Source: Candidatus Bathyarchaeia archaeon (lineage in GTDB: Archaea > Thermoproteota > Bathyarchaeia > Bathyarchaeales > Bathycorpusculaceae). Taken from it: a DNA stretch of 64,000 nt. The stretch is taken from assembly GCA_037481775.1 (NCBI GenBank), contig JBBFKZ010000003.1, positions 81,826 through 145,825 of the forward strand, read 5' to 3'. Below are positions 18,756 through 27,560 of this stretch, piece after piece (position 1 is the stretch's first letter; every line of letters starts with the position of its first letter). The notes under the pieces are model-generated. The model was not told the origin of the DNA and did not search any database. It saw only the letters and a list, made by a program, of their open reading frames with translations. Made by a program: the position numbers and the translations under genes.

Positions 18756-19418
18756 CTAAGGCTTAGCCTTCCGCCTTTTCCGCTTAGACCGCAAACGCTT
18801 CTCCCAGCAGGAAGGACAATAAACAGGCTTACCACCCCCAAACTGAAAAGGCACAGCACACGAGCCGCCGCATACACTACACACTGCACCGCTAGCCCCG
18901 CCCTGCTGGAACTGCCGGAAAAGCCTGTAGCGCTTCAGCCGCGGCAACGCCGTCTTCGCATACCGCAGCATCCTAGGATTAGCCTTCAACCACCCGAGCA
19001 TGTGAAAGAAGCTCTTCGCCCGCTTCTCCTCGCGGTCAGCAAGCGGCTCATAACCCAAATTCCGCAGCTCGTCCAAATAGGCGATTTCCACAAGCCGCTG
19101 CGCCTCGCCCGCAACCCGCACCCGCTTAACCCGCGCCTCACCGTAAACCCGCTGCAGCTCAGCCGCCGCCACATCAAAAACATAACCCTGACACACATGA
19201 ATCTCCTCGTCAAACCCAGGCCTCAAAGCAGCCACAAGCCGCAACGTTAAACGCGCAGCCTCCTGCAAATAGGCTTTCGCAGCAAAAAGCGCCGGGTCCT
19301 GATAAAACCTGACGTCAACCAAGTCGTATTTGAACTCGCCAGTTTCCTCGCGGTAAACGCCCACAACCACGCCGAAAAGCAAGTCGCCGCTACCCGCGTC
19401 ATCCACAACAAGCGTCAT
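18756..19418 (-). CDS. RNase H-like fold protein with C-terminal CxxC-x17-CxxC zinc ribbon
   Basis: VVDDAGSG (RNase HII-like), VCQGYVF, CSVC...VPF...KPVYCPSC. Confidence 0.7.
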   Translation of the reverse strand: MTLVVDDAGSGDLLFGVVVGVYREETGEFKYDLVDVRFYQDPALFAAKAYLQEAARLTLRLVAALRPGFDEEIHVCQGYVFDVAAAELQRVYGEARVKRVRVAGEAQRLVEIAYLDELRNLGYEPLADREEKRAKSFFHMLGWLKANPRMLRYAKTALPRLKRYRLFRQFQQGGASGAVCSVCGGSCAVPFQFGGGKPVYCPSCWEKRLRSKRKRRKAKP

Positions 19419-19506
19419 AGAAACTGCTAAGCCTCTTTCCCCAAGCATAACCCAAACACGTATAAAAACAGTATTCTAAAAACCCAGAGAAAACCGCGCA
19501 ACGCAA

Positions 19507-21336
19507 CTAAGGCCGCCGCAGCCGCCTTCGCCTAACATAAACCGCACCCGCGAAAGCCACAGCCAAAACAATGGCCACATCAAAATAAGGCGCTAACAAC
19601 TCACCGTAATCAGCCGCCTCCACGTAGCCTCCAGCGCCTTCGGCGCCCTGAAGCAGCTGCCCAGAGCCGTTAAGCGGTTCAATCTTTAGGTTCTTGAATG
19701 CCACAGCCCTCTCCGTGTTATTCGCTATAAGCATCACCAGCCCTCCGGCATCTGCCACTTCCCGCGGCGCCTCCAAAGTCTCCAGAAACGTCCCATTCGC
19801 ATCTTGCAACTGCGCAGTCACCTCATCCTCAGTTATCTTCGCAGCCACCCTATACCACACGCCTTCTTCTATACGCTCCGACATATTCATGAAAGCAACT
19901 TCGCTGAGCGCACTTACCTGATTGATATCATGATAGTCTAAGCCCTTAACATTCACCGTGTAATTGCCGACGCCGCTGTTCTGCAAGATAAGCGCAAACT
20001 GACTATGCATCGTCTCCGCCAAGTCCTCAGGCAACCTCAACGGCTGAAAACCCTGCGGTATCTCAATTTCCTCAAGAACCTCCAGCGCCTCTTCTTCCGC
20101 AGAAACCGTAATCAGCCGCCCGCTTCTCAGCACAATAAACTCGCCAGTAAGCAGGACGCCGGCGCCGGACAGCTGAGCATCAAGGAAATCTTCAACTCCC
20201 TGCCATAAGCTGAGCTCGTAATGGGCAACGTAAGTGCGGCCGTAAGTGTAATAGTAGCCGACGCTCTCGAACTGAACAAGCGACGCGGGAAACCCGATGA
20301 AAACCGTCAGCGCTTCGCTGTCTGCGCCTGCAACCTCCGCGTTGCCACCCCAGCTTGCCCGCACATAATAGGTGCCTGACGAAGTGACATTCCAGCTGAA
20401 AGAGTAGCAGCCGCAAGAATCCGTCTCCGTTCGGTACGCATCATACGCGATGCCATTATGGCTGACATACAGCACGACGGTTTCGTTTTCCCGTGCAGGC
20501 GTAAGCACGCCGGAAACTATCAGCTGCCGCTTCTCAAGGCTTACCTCTGCTGCAGCAGAGAGAGTAATTGTTAGAGACGCCGAAGGCAACGGGCTGCCCC
20601 AGCCTGCCGCGATTTGCGCTGGCAATGCAGGCTCGCTGTTTTCAAGCGTAATAATCCACGGTTGCTCCTCCGCCAAAACAGGCGGCACATCACCTACTTT
20701 CCACTCCATTGCAGCGGTACACTCGGCTATCCAGTATTTCCTGCCGCTCGACTCGTAGCCGGTGGCAGGCAGCCACCACCATGTGCCGCGCGGCGTGCAG
20801 GGCAAGTAGACGCCAACGTTAATGTGATGCGCCTCTTTGAAGTAGAGCAGGACAACGTCTAAGCCGCCGGCCTTCATGATTGACGCGGCGAGAAGCGACA
20901 GCGTATCACATTTCCCAGCGTTCTCCACTAGCGTCTCAACTGGATACTTGACGTCGCCGCTGGCGTAGGGAATCTGGTGAACCAGCATCAGCACGGCGTT
21001 AGCGAAATCTTCGTCACTGCGCTCGCCGTTGTCGGTGATGCTGCGGAGGCGCTCTGCAACCTGCTTAAACGCGTCAGGCGTAACAAGCGCAGCGTAGTCG
21101 CTGTCCCGAGTAATCCGTGGAGTTTTGGCATCGTAATACTCATAAAGCGAGGATGGCACGGCAACATACAGTTTCTGGCTGACGAGACCGAATTGAAAAT
21201 GGAAACTGAAAGTTCGCTCGTAATTGCCAGCAAAAGAGGCAGGAGTAAAAAACACCAGCAACAGAAGGGCAACAAGCAAAATGCCGAGGTTTCGATGCCG
21301 AAAACGCATGTGTTCTCTATGATAATATATTGTCAC
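19507..21336 (-). CDS. Cell-surface protein: transglutaminase-like domain, Ig-like domains, C-terminal TM anchor
   Basis: Signal peptide; GKCDTLS / HINVGV / YWIAECT putative triad; TM followed by an RRRR tail. Confidence 0.75.
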   Translation of the reverse strand: MTIYYHREHMRFRHRNLGILLVALLLLVFFTPASFAGNYERTFSFHFQFGLVSQKLYVAVPSSLYEYYDAKTPRITRDSDYAALVTPDAFKQVAERLRSITDNGERSDEDFANAVLMLVHQIPYASGDVKYPVETLVENAGKCDTLSLLAASIMKAGGLDVVLLYFKEAHHINVGVYLPCTPRGTWWWLPATGYESSGRKYWIAECTAAMEWKVGDVPPVLAEEQPWIITLENSEPALPAQIAAGWGSPLPSASLTITLSAAAEVSLEKRQLIVSGVLTPARENETVVLYVSHNGIAYDAYRTETDSCGCYSFSWNVTSSGTYYVRASWGGNAEVAGADSEALTVFIGFPASLVQFESVGYYYTYGRTYVAHYELSLWQGVEDFLDAQLSGAGVLLTGEFIVLRSGRLITVSAEEEALEVLEEIEIPQGFQPLRLPEDLAETMHSQFALILQNSGVGNYTVNVKGLDYHDINQVSALSEVAFMNMSERIEEGVWYRVAAKITEDEVTAQLQDANGTFLETLEAPREVADAGGLVMLIANNTERAVAFKNLKIEPLNGSGQLLQGAEGAGGYVEAADYGELLAPYFDVAIVLAVAFAGAVYVRRRRLRRP

Positions 21337-21461
21337 ATCTAAGACTTAAACGTTAGTTAGGGCGCGTCCATATTTGAAAGATAAAGCTTGAATTCTTATC
21401 GAAGCACAGTGCCCGCCGATTTCACTGTCCACTGAAAACGCCAAAAAAAGAGGCGGAGAGG

Positions 21462-22361
21462 TTAGAGCAGCAGGTCATTGGCGAATGAGTCACTTAATAC
21501 TGGCGTCTGGTATTTGCAGTTAGCCTTCGCATAGTCAAAAGCTTCCTCGACAGTAACATCCGCCTGTCCAGAAATGTGGTCGATTACGTCGGCATATTCA
21601 TGGAGCATCCCTTGATCCGCGAAGTAGTATGTGAACTGGCCGTTTTGGACGCTTTCAAACTCGTAGGATAGGCTGGACTCAGCACAAGCCATAACCACGA
21701 TTCGACCCGCAGCGGCAAGATCTGTCATCCCCCCAGCATAGCATGAGTCGAAAATGAAAATTATCCGTGAAGCCGCAACCTCAGAAAACAGGGCTGCAAG
21801 CTGCCCATCCCAGATCAGCGATTCAGCTGTGCACTCATAAGGAACTATGGCTTCATCAATAGCTTCCTTATCGCCGTCGTTGGCTTTGCCTCTTGCGCCG
21901 TGACCGCTATAGAAGAAGATAACTTCATCACCAGCGCTTACCCTTCCTTTTAACGACTTGATAGCTTCCACTATATTGTCGCGAGTTGCAGCGTCATTAG
22001 TGAGTAGTATAATATTAGTCTCTGAATACCCGTAAACTGTGATTAGAGCAGTCTTCATGTCCGAGGCATCGTCGTCCGCATATTCCAGATCGTTCGCGTT
22101 GCCAGCATAGTCGGAAATGCCTATAACGATAGCCCATTTACTTGCTCCCTGACCGAGCTCATCGCCTAGTGTGCCTGTTGCAGCTTGCCTCGGCGGTTTC
22201 GCGGGCTTGCCCATGGCCGCTGGCCCCTTAACGGTGATTTTCGGCGTTATCTCAACATCTGATGCATGCGGTGAAGCAGCGTAAGCCATCACCGGCAAGA
22301 GCAGGCTTAACAACAAAATAGCTATTGCTCCAAACAAAATTGCCCGTTTCATAATAACCAT
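21462..22361 (-). CDS. Secreted caspase-family (peptidase C14) protein
   Basis: AIVIGISDY, FFYSGHG and IFDSCYAG dyad motifs; signal peptide. Confidence 0.85.
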   Translation of the reverse strand: MVIMKRAILFGAIAILLLSLLLPVMAYAASPHASDVEITPKITVKGPAAMGKPAKPPRQAATGTLGDELGQGASKWAIVIGISDYAGNANDLEYADDDASDMKTALITVYGYSETNIILLTNDAATRDNIVEAIKSLKGRVSAGDEVIFFYSGHGARGKANDGDKEAIDEAIVPYECTAESLIWDGQLAALFSEVAASRIIFIFDSCYAGGMTDLAAAGRIVVMACAESSLSYEFESVQNGQFTYYFADQGMLHEYADVIDHISGQADVTVEEAFDYAKANCKYQTPVLSDSFANDLLL

Positions 22362-22512
22362 CCAAATTTAATTTAAGCATTAGAATTGCTTAAAAGACTT
22401 GTTCCCGCTCTGAAAACAGGCAGCGCTTCTGGCTGTAAGAGATTTTTCGCAACCTTTCCCACATTTATCTCGGTACCAAAGTGTATTCTTGCCATGAAAA
22501 GAGCGCGTTGTT

Positions 22513-22680
22513 CTAGGTGTGCTGGCGCCAAGTGTCTAGTTTCAGCCGTTTAATGAGGGCTTTGACTTTTTCCTTGTCTGCTAGAGCTTCCTCGATGACG
22601 GCTTTTGCAAGCTCGTATATGCGCAGGTCATTCAGCAGAGCCAGCTGCTTAATTCGCTGATGCAAGTCAGCGGTTATGGA
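22513..22680 (-). pseudogene. 5'-truncated ribbon-helix-helix regulator
   Basis: Open frame SITADLHQRIKQLALLNDLRIYELAKAVIEEAL... preceded by a stop, no ATG. Confidence 0.45.
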
Positions 22681-22896
22681 TTATGCGAAAGAGTTAAGTT
22701 TGATGAAGGAAAGTATACATCGTGGCAAAAATCAGAGCTTAAATTTCTAGTGTACACTTATTTTTTTCATTATCTGGTTCCGATTCGGTGTCTACAAATA
22801 AAGCCAAATTTAAATTAACTTTAAATGTATAAGCGCTATATTATATGCACAAGCCCTCAGATCAAGGCGGCTACAAGAAAGTGAGGTGCGCAAAGA

Positions 22897-23244
22897 TTGG
22901 CAAAAAACCCAGCAGAGTTTGATAGAGTGTTATTAAGCGCTATTGATGAGGCTTTAAGTTCTCTTGGCGAGGCAGTGAGACATTCAATTTACTTCCACAT
23001 AGAAAGCAAATTCAATGTGCCAAGAAACAGAATCCCAGAAAACCTCGAAGAGTTCCAAGAAGCCCTTGAAAAAATCTTCGGCACTGGCGCGAGATTTATA
23101 GAGATTTTGATCATGAAAAACTTGTACTCAAAAGTTGGGCTTCCGCTCAAAATAGAAGATAAACAGCTGGAATTTGTTAAGTATGTTGACGCTGTGAGGG
23201 AAGGCTTCCTGAAAAAACGCGTACAAGCGAACTATAATTTTTAA
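22897..23244 (+). CDS. DUF3227/NitrOD5-like signalling domain protein
   Basis: AIDEALSSLGE..IYFHIE...F..ALEKIFG.GA..IE pattern. Confidence 0.65.
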   Translation: MAKNPAEFDRVLLSAIDEALSSLGEAVRHSIYFHIESKFNVPRNRIPENLEEFQEALEKIFGTGARFIEILIMKNLYSKVGLPLKIEDKQLEFVKYVDAVREGFLKKRVQANYNF

Positions 23245-23327
23245 GCCAATTAATGCAAATTCATATCGAAAGTTCATAAAGGCTTTATCAATGCTTTAAT
23301 CCTTTAGCTAACTTAAGTGAAGGAAGT

Positions 23328-23798
23328 ATGGGCGAAGCTGCGAGAATCCTGGTTATTGATGATGACGAAAACATAAGAAAAGTGTTGAAGACTATCCTTG
23401 AAGACGAAGGATACATCGTTGACACGGCAGAGACAGCCAAAGAAAGCATAGAGAAAAGTGAGAATTCATTCTATAATCTGGCGCTCATTGACGTTCGCCT
23501 GCCAGATATGGAGGGCATTGAGCTCTTGTCAAAACTGCGCGATACCAAGCCGAAGATGCGAAAGATAATAGTTACAGGATATCCAACGCTTCAAAACGCC
23601 ATCGCCGCGGTGAATAAAGGCGCGGACGCTTACATAGTTAAGCCCTTTGAGGTAGATAAAATCCTTGAAATCATTCGGGAGCAGTTGAAGAAGCAAGAGG
23701 AAGAAAGCCACTACAGCGAAGAAAAAGTCGTTGAATTCATTGAAACACGCATCAAAGCATTAGAAGCAACAGGCAAAAAAGCCACAAAAAAGGCTTAG
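23328..23798 (+). CDS. Stand-alone response regulator receiver protein
   Basis: ILVIDDD, LIDVRLPDMEG, VTG, YIVKP. Confidence 0.9.
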   Translation: MGEAARILVIDDDENIRKVLKTILEDEGYIVDTAETAKESIEKSENSFYNLALIDVRLPDMEGIELLSKLRDTKPKMRKIIVTGYPTLQNAIAAVNKGADAYIVKPFEVDKILEIIREQLKKQEEESHYSEEKVVEFIETRIKALEATGKKATKKA

Positions 23799-24148
23799 GC
23801 CCTTTTTTCTTTAGAAAGTGCCTCATGCATTAATTGGTGTCATCTTTCTAAAAGCGTCTGTTTACGATGTTAAACGCAAAGACATTAATGAAATAGGTGC
23901 TTATGCAAGTTGCTTGCTTATAATTTTTTTCCGCTGTTTCGTGAGTAAACGCGGCATTCTTTTCGGTATTTCAAAAAACAGACGTTAAAAAAGTTTTTCT
24001 GAGCTTATATAACAATATCGGATCGTTAACGGTCAAAGCTGCGTGAGGGGCTTTGACTTAACTTTAGCATACTCAACTTAGTTATGTATATTTTCGATGA
24101 TGAGGTACCAGTTTATTTCATTTTCAATGTAAACAATAACTAAATAAT

Positions 24149-24164
24149 ACACTACTATTAGTGT
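24149..24164. promoter_or_regulatory. NrdR-box-like palindrome ACACTACTATTAGTGT
   Basis: Matches both 6-bp arms of the acaCwAtATaTwGtgt consensus; about 44 nt upstream of nrdR. Confidence 0.55.
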
Positions 24165-24207
24165 GGGTTGTTTGCTACTATCCACTATCAGCCATGTGTG
24201 ATCATCT

Positions 24208-24654
24208 GTGAAATGTCCGTATTGCGGGTCTGATGAATTCAAGACTTTGGAAACACGTGATTCGCCAGACAACACTACGCGGCGCAGGAAAGAATGCGTA
24301 AACTGCGGGAAGCGCTTCACAACTTATGAGTATGTGGAAACGGTGGAGCTTATGGTGCGGAAGAAAGACGGCAAACTTGAACGCTTCGACGCGAACAAGA
24401 TAATCCGCGGCTTGCAGAAAGCTTGCGAAAAACGGCCCGTAACCATGGAGCAGATCAATGAGTTAGCAAGCCAAGTACGCCAAGACCTCATGCTGAAAGG
24501 CAAAGAAGAGGTTACTTCCCGAGAAATCGGCGACTTAGTAATGAAATACTTGAAAACACTCGACCGCATCGCGTACATCCGCTTCGCTAGCGTATACAAG
24601 CAGTTTGAAGAGCCTGAAGACTTCAGGCGAGTACTCCTTGAGGTGAAAAAATGA
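24208..24654 (+). CDS. nrdR: Transcriptional repressor NrdR
   Basis: CPYC...RRRKEC..C..RFTTYE zinc ribbon, ATP cone, AYIRFASVY. Confidence 0.95.
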   Translation: MKCPYCGSDEFKTLETRDSPDNTTRRRKECVNCGKRFTTYEYVETVELMVRKKDGKLERFDANKIIRGLQKACEKRPVTMEQINELASQVRQDLMLKGKEEVTSREIGDLVMKYLKTLDRIAYIRFASVYKQFEEPEDFRRVLLEVKK

Positions 24655-26777
24655 AGTTTGTAAGAAAACGTGATGGAAAATTAGAACCATTTGATCAAGA
24701 ACGTATAACAAACGCCATTTGGAAAGCCGCCAAAGCTGTGGGCGGCAAAGATCGCGAGCAAGCGAAGCGCATAAGCGACCAAGTGGTCGCTGAGCTGAAC
24801 AGGCGCTTCGGCGAAGACGGCTGCCCCACAGTGGAGGAAATTCAGGATATAGTTGAAAAAATGCTTATCGAAAACGGCCACGCGCGAACGGCTAAGGCAT
24901 ACATTCTCTATAGGAAGCAGCATCAAGACATGCGAGAGCTCGCGGCGCTTTTAAGCTCCGCGGACATGGTTGACCAGTACCTGGAGATTGAGGATTGGCG
25001 GGTTAAAGAGAACTCGAACATGAGCTATTCGCTGCAGGGCTTGAACAATTACCTTTCATCCACCGTCATCGCCAAGTACTGGATATCAAGGATTTACCCG
25101 TCGGAAATTGCTGAAGCACACTTTTCCGGCGACATCCACATTCACGACCTAGGCGTTTTAGGCCCCTACTGCGTCGGCTGGAACATCAGCGATTTGCTGC
25201 TTTCAGGGTTCGGCGGCGTCCCCGGCAAGATCGAGAGCAAGCCAGCGAAGCATTTCAGAACAGCGCTAGGTCAAGTGGTTAACTTCTTCTATACGCTTCA
25301 GGGCGAGGCGGCAGGCGCACAAGCGTTCAGCAACTTTGACACTTACTTGGCGCCATTCATACGCTACGACCGCTTGAACCAGAAAGAGGTGGAGCAGGCG
25401 CTGCAGGAGTTCTTTTTCAACATGAACGTGCCGACCCGCGTGGGCTTCCAGACGCCTTTCACCAACGTAACTCTGGACTTGACGGTGCCGGATTTCATGA
25501 AGGACGAGGCTGTGCTCTATAATGGAAGACTCACTGAGGATACTTACGGTGACATGGCTGCAGAGATGGAGATGTTCAACATAGCCTTCGCCAAAGTTTT
25601 AAGCCAAGGCGATGCGAGAGGAAGAGTTTTCACTTTCCCAATACCGACGTACAACATAACCAAGGATTTCCCATGGGACTCCCCCGTTACCGAGGCGATT
25701 TTTGAGGTAACAGCCAAGTATGGAGTGCCCTACTTCTCAAACTTCGTTAACAGCGACTTGCACCCTGAAGATGTACGTAGTATGTGCTGCCGCCTTCGCA
25801 TTGACAACCGTGAACTACGCAAACGAGGAGGAGGCTTCTTCGGCGCTAACCCCTTGACCGGCTCCATCGGCGTGGTTACCATTAACATGCCGCGGATCGG
25901 CTACTTATCCAAGGACGAAGCAGAGTTCTTCCAGCGTTTAGAATCGATTATGGAGATAGCCAAAACCAGCTTAGAGATCAAACGCAAAGTGCTCGAAGCG
26001 TTTACTGAGAAGGGATTGTATCCATATTCGCGTCGGTATTTACGTAACATCAAAGAGGGCTATGGAAAGTACTGGAAGAATCACTTTTCAACCATAGGCT
26101 TAGTCGGCATTAATGAGGCCATCTTGAATCTCCTAGGCGTGAACATAGCAACGAAAGAGGGAAAGGACTTCGCCATCAAAATACTCAAATTCATGCGCGA
26201 GCGGCTGGCGGACTTCCAAGAGGAAACCGGAAACATTTACAATCTAGAAGCAACGCCCGCAGAGGGCACTTCTTACAGGCTTGCTCGCATTGACAAACGC
26301 AGATACCCACAGATCATAGTAGCAAACGAACGCTACGTGACGGATAAACGCGCCGAGCCCTTCTACACAAACTCCTCGCAGCTGCCTGTGGACTATGAAG
26401 GCGACTTGTTCGAGGCGCTGGAGCATCAGGAAGGCTTGCAGACGCTTTACACTGGCGGCACAGTTTTCCATATTTTCCTCGGCGAACGCCTGCACTCGTG
26501 GAAGTCTGCAGCGGAGCTTATCAGGAAGGTAACTTGGAACTCGCGCCTACCCTATTTCACGCTGACACCCACCTTCAGCATATGCCCCACGCACGGCTAC
26601 ATTAGCGGCGAGCACAAGCAGTGCCCAATATGCAGTGCCAGCTGCGAAGTCTACTCGCGTGTTGTCGGCTATCTGCGGCCAGTAGACCAGTGGAACGATG
26701 GGAAACAAGCGGAGTTTGCAATTAGAAGAACCTTTGACAAGTCTGCCATGATGGTAACTGTGCCTGTTTCCGCTTAA
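24651..26777 (+). CDS. nrdD: Class III anaerobic ribonucleotide reductase
   Basis: ATP cone, IHIHDL, SMCCRL, EATPAEG, RVVGY glycyl-radical loop. Confidence 0.95.
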   Translation: MKFVRKRDGKLEPFDQERITNAIWKAAKAVGGKDREQAKRISDQVVAELNRRFGEDGCPTVEEIQDIVEKMLIENGHARTAKAYILYRKQHQDMRELAALLSSADMVDQYLEIEDWRVKENSNMSYSLQGLNNYLSSTVIAKYWISRIYPSEIAEAHFSGDIHIHDLGVLGPYCVGWNISDLLLSGFGGVPGKIESKPAKHFRTALGQVVNFFYTLQGEAAGAQAFSNFDTYLAPFIRYDRLNQKEVEQALQEFFFNMNVPTRVGFQTPFTNVTLDLTVPDFMKDEAVLYNGRLTEDTYGDMAAEMEMFNIAFAKVLSQGDARGRVFTFPIPTYNITKDFPWDSPVTEAIFEVTAKYGVPYFSNFVNSDLHPEDVRSMCCRLRIDNRELRKRGGGFFGANPLTGSIGVVTINMPRIGYLSKDEAEFFQRLESIMEIAKTSLEIKRKVLEAFTEKGLYPYSRRYLRNIKEGYGKYWKNHFSTIGLVGINEAILNLLGVNIATKEGKDFAIKILKFMRERLADFQEETGNIYNLEATPAEGTSYRLARIDKRRYPQIIVANERYVTDKRAEPFYTNSSQLPVDYEGDLFEALEHQEGLQTLYTGGTVFHIFLGERLHSWKSAAELIRKVTWNSRLPYFTLTPTFSICPTHGYISGEHKQCPICSASCEVYSRVVGYLRPVDQWNDGKQAEFAIRRTFDKSAMMVTVPVSA

Positions 26778-26790
26778 GAGTGAAAGAGGC

Positions 26791-27468
26791 ATGAAGTTCA
26801 GCGGCTTACAGAAAATCAGCCTCATCGATTATCCGAACAAGATAGCGTCAGTGCTCTTCACGCCAGGCTGCAATCTACGCTGCCCCTTCTGCCACAACTG
26901 GCGCATAGTTGTCGACCCGAAGCCGCCGTTTCTGCAGGAAGCCGTAGCGCTGGAGCTGCTGGAAAGACGCAAGAAATACGTGGACGCCGTCGTGGTGACC
27001 GGCGGCGAGCCGACAATGCACAGCGAGCTGCCCAAGTTTCTGGAGAAGCTGAAAGAGCGCGGGTTCGAGGTAAAGCTAGACACAAACGGCTTCTATCCGG
27101 AAGCACTAGAAGAATGCCTGCCCTACCTGGATTATGTGGCTTTAGACGTGAAAACCTCGCTGGAGAAGTACAAGCAGCTAGGCGCCGAGGATGCTACTGG
27201 ATTAATGCGCACCATCGAAATCTTAAAGACAGGAAAAGTGCCTTACGAGTTCAGGACCACAGTGGTGCCAGAGCTGGTTACAGCTGAAGACGTAGAGCGC
27301 ATAGGCGAAATGGTGAAAGGCGCTAAAACATACGCGTTACAGCAGTTCGTGCCACAGGATACGTTGGACAAGCGGTTTGAAACGTTCAGACCATACACGC
27401 CGGAAGCAATCTCCAACTTCGCAGAATTAATACGCAAATACGCTGAAAATGTTATTCTGCGCATATAG
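26791..27468 (+). CDS. nrdG: Anaerobic RNR activating enzyme
   Basis: GCNLRCPFCHN, TGGEPT, KLDTNG, YEFRTT. Confidence 0.9.
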   Translation: MKFSGLQKISLIDYPNKIASVLFTPGCNLRCPFCHNWRIVVDPKPPFLQEAVALELLERRKKYVDAVVVTGGEPTMHSELPKFLEKLKERGFEVKLDTNGFYPEALEECLPYLDYVALDVKTSLEKYKQLGAEDATGLMRTIEILKTGKVPYEFRTTVVPELVTAEDVERIGEMVKGAKTYALQQFVPQDTLDKRFETFRPYTPEAISNFAELIRKYAENVILRI

Positions 27469-27560
27469 CTGCGCCCAGCTTTTTTTGTTCGTAAAGAGGC
27501 TATTCGACGGTGACCTAGCTTAGGCCCGCGTGTCAAACCTGAGTAAATGTTTTTCGTTTC

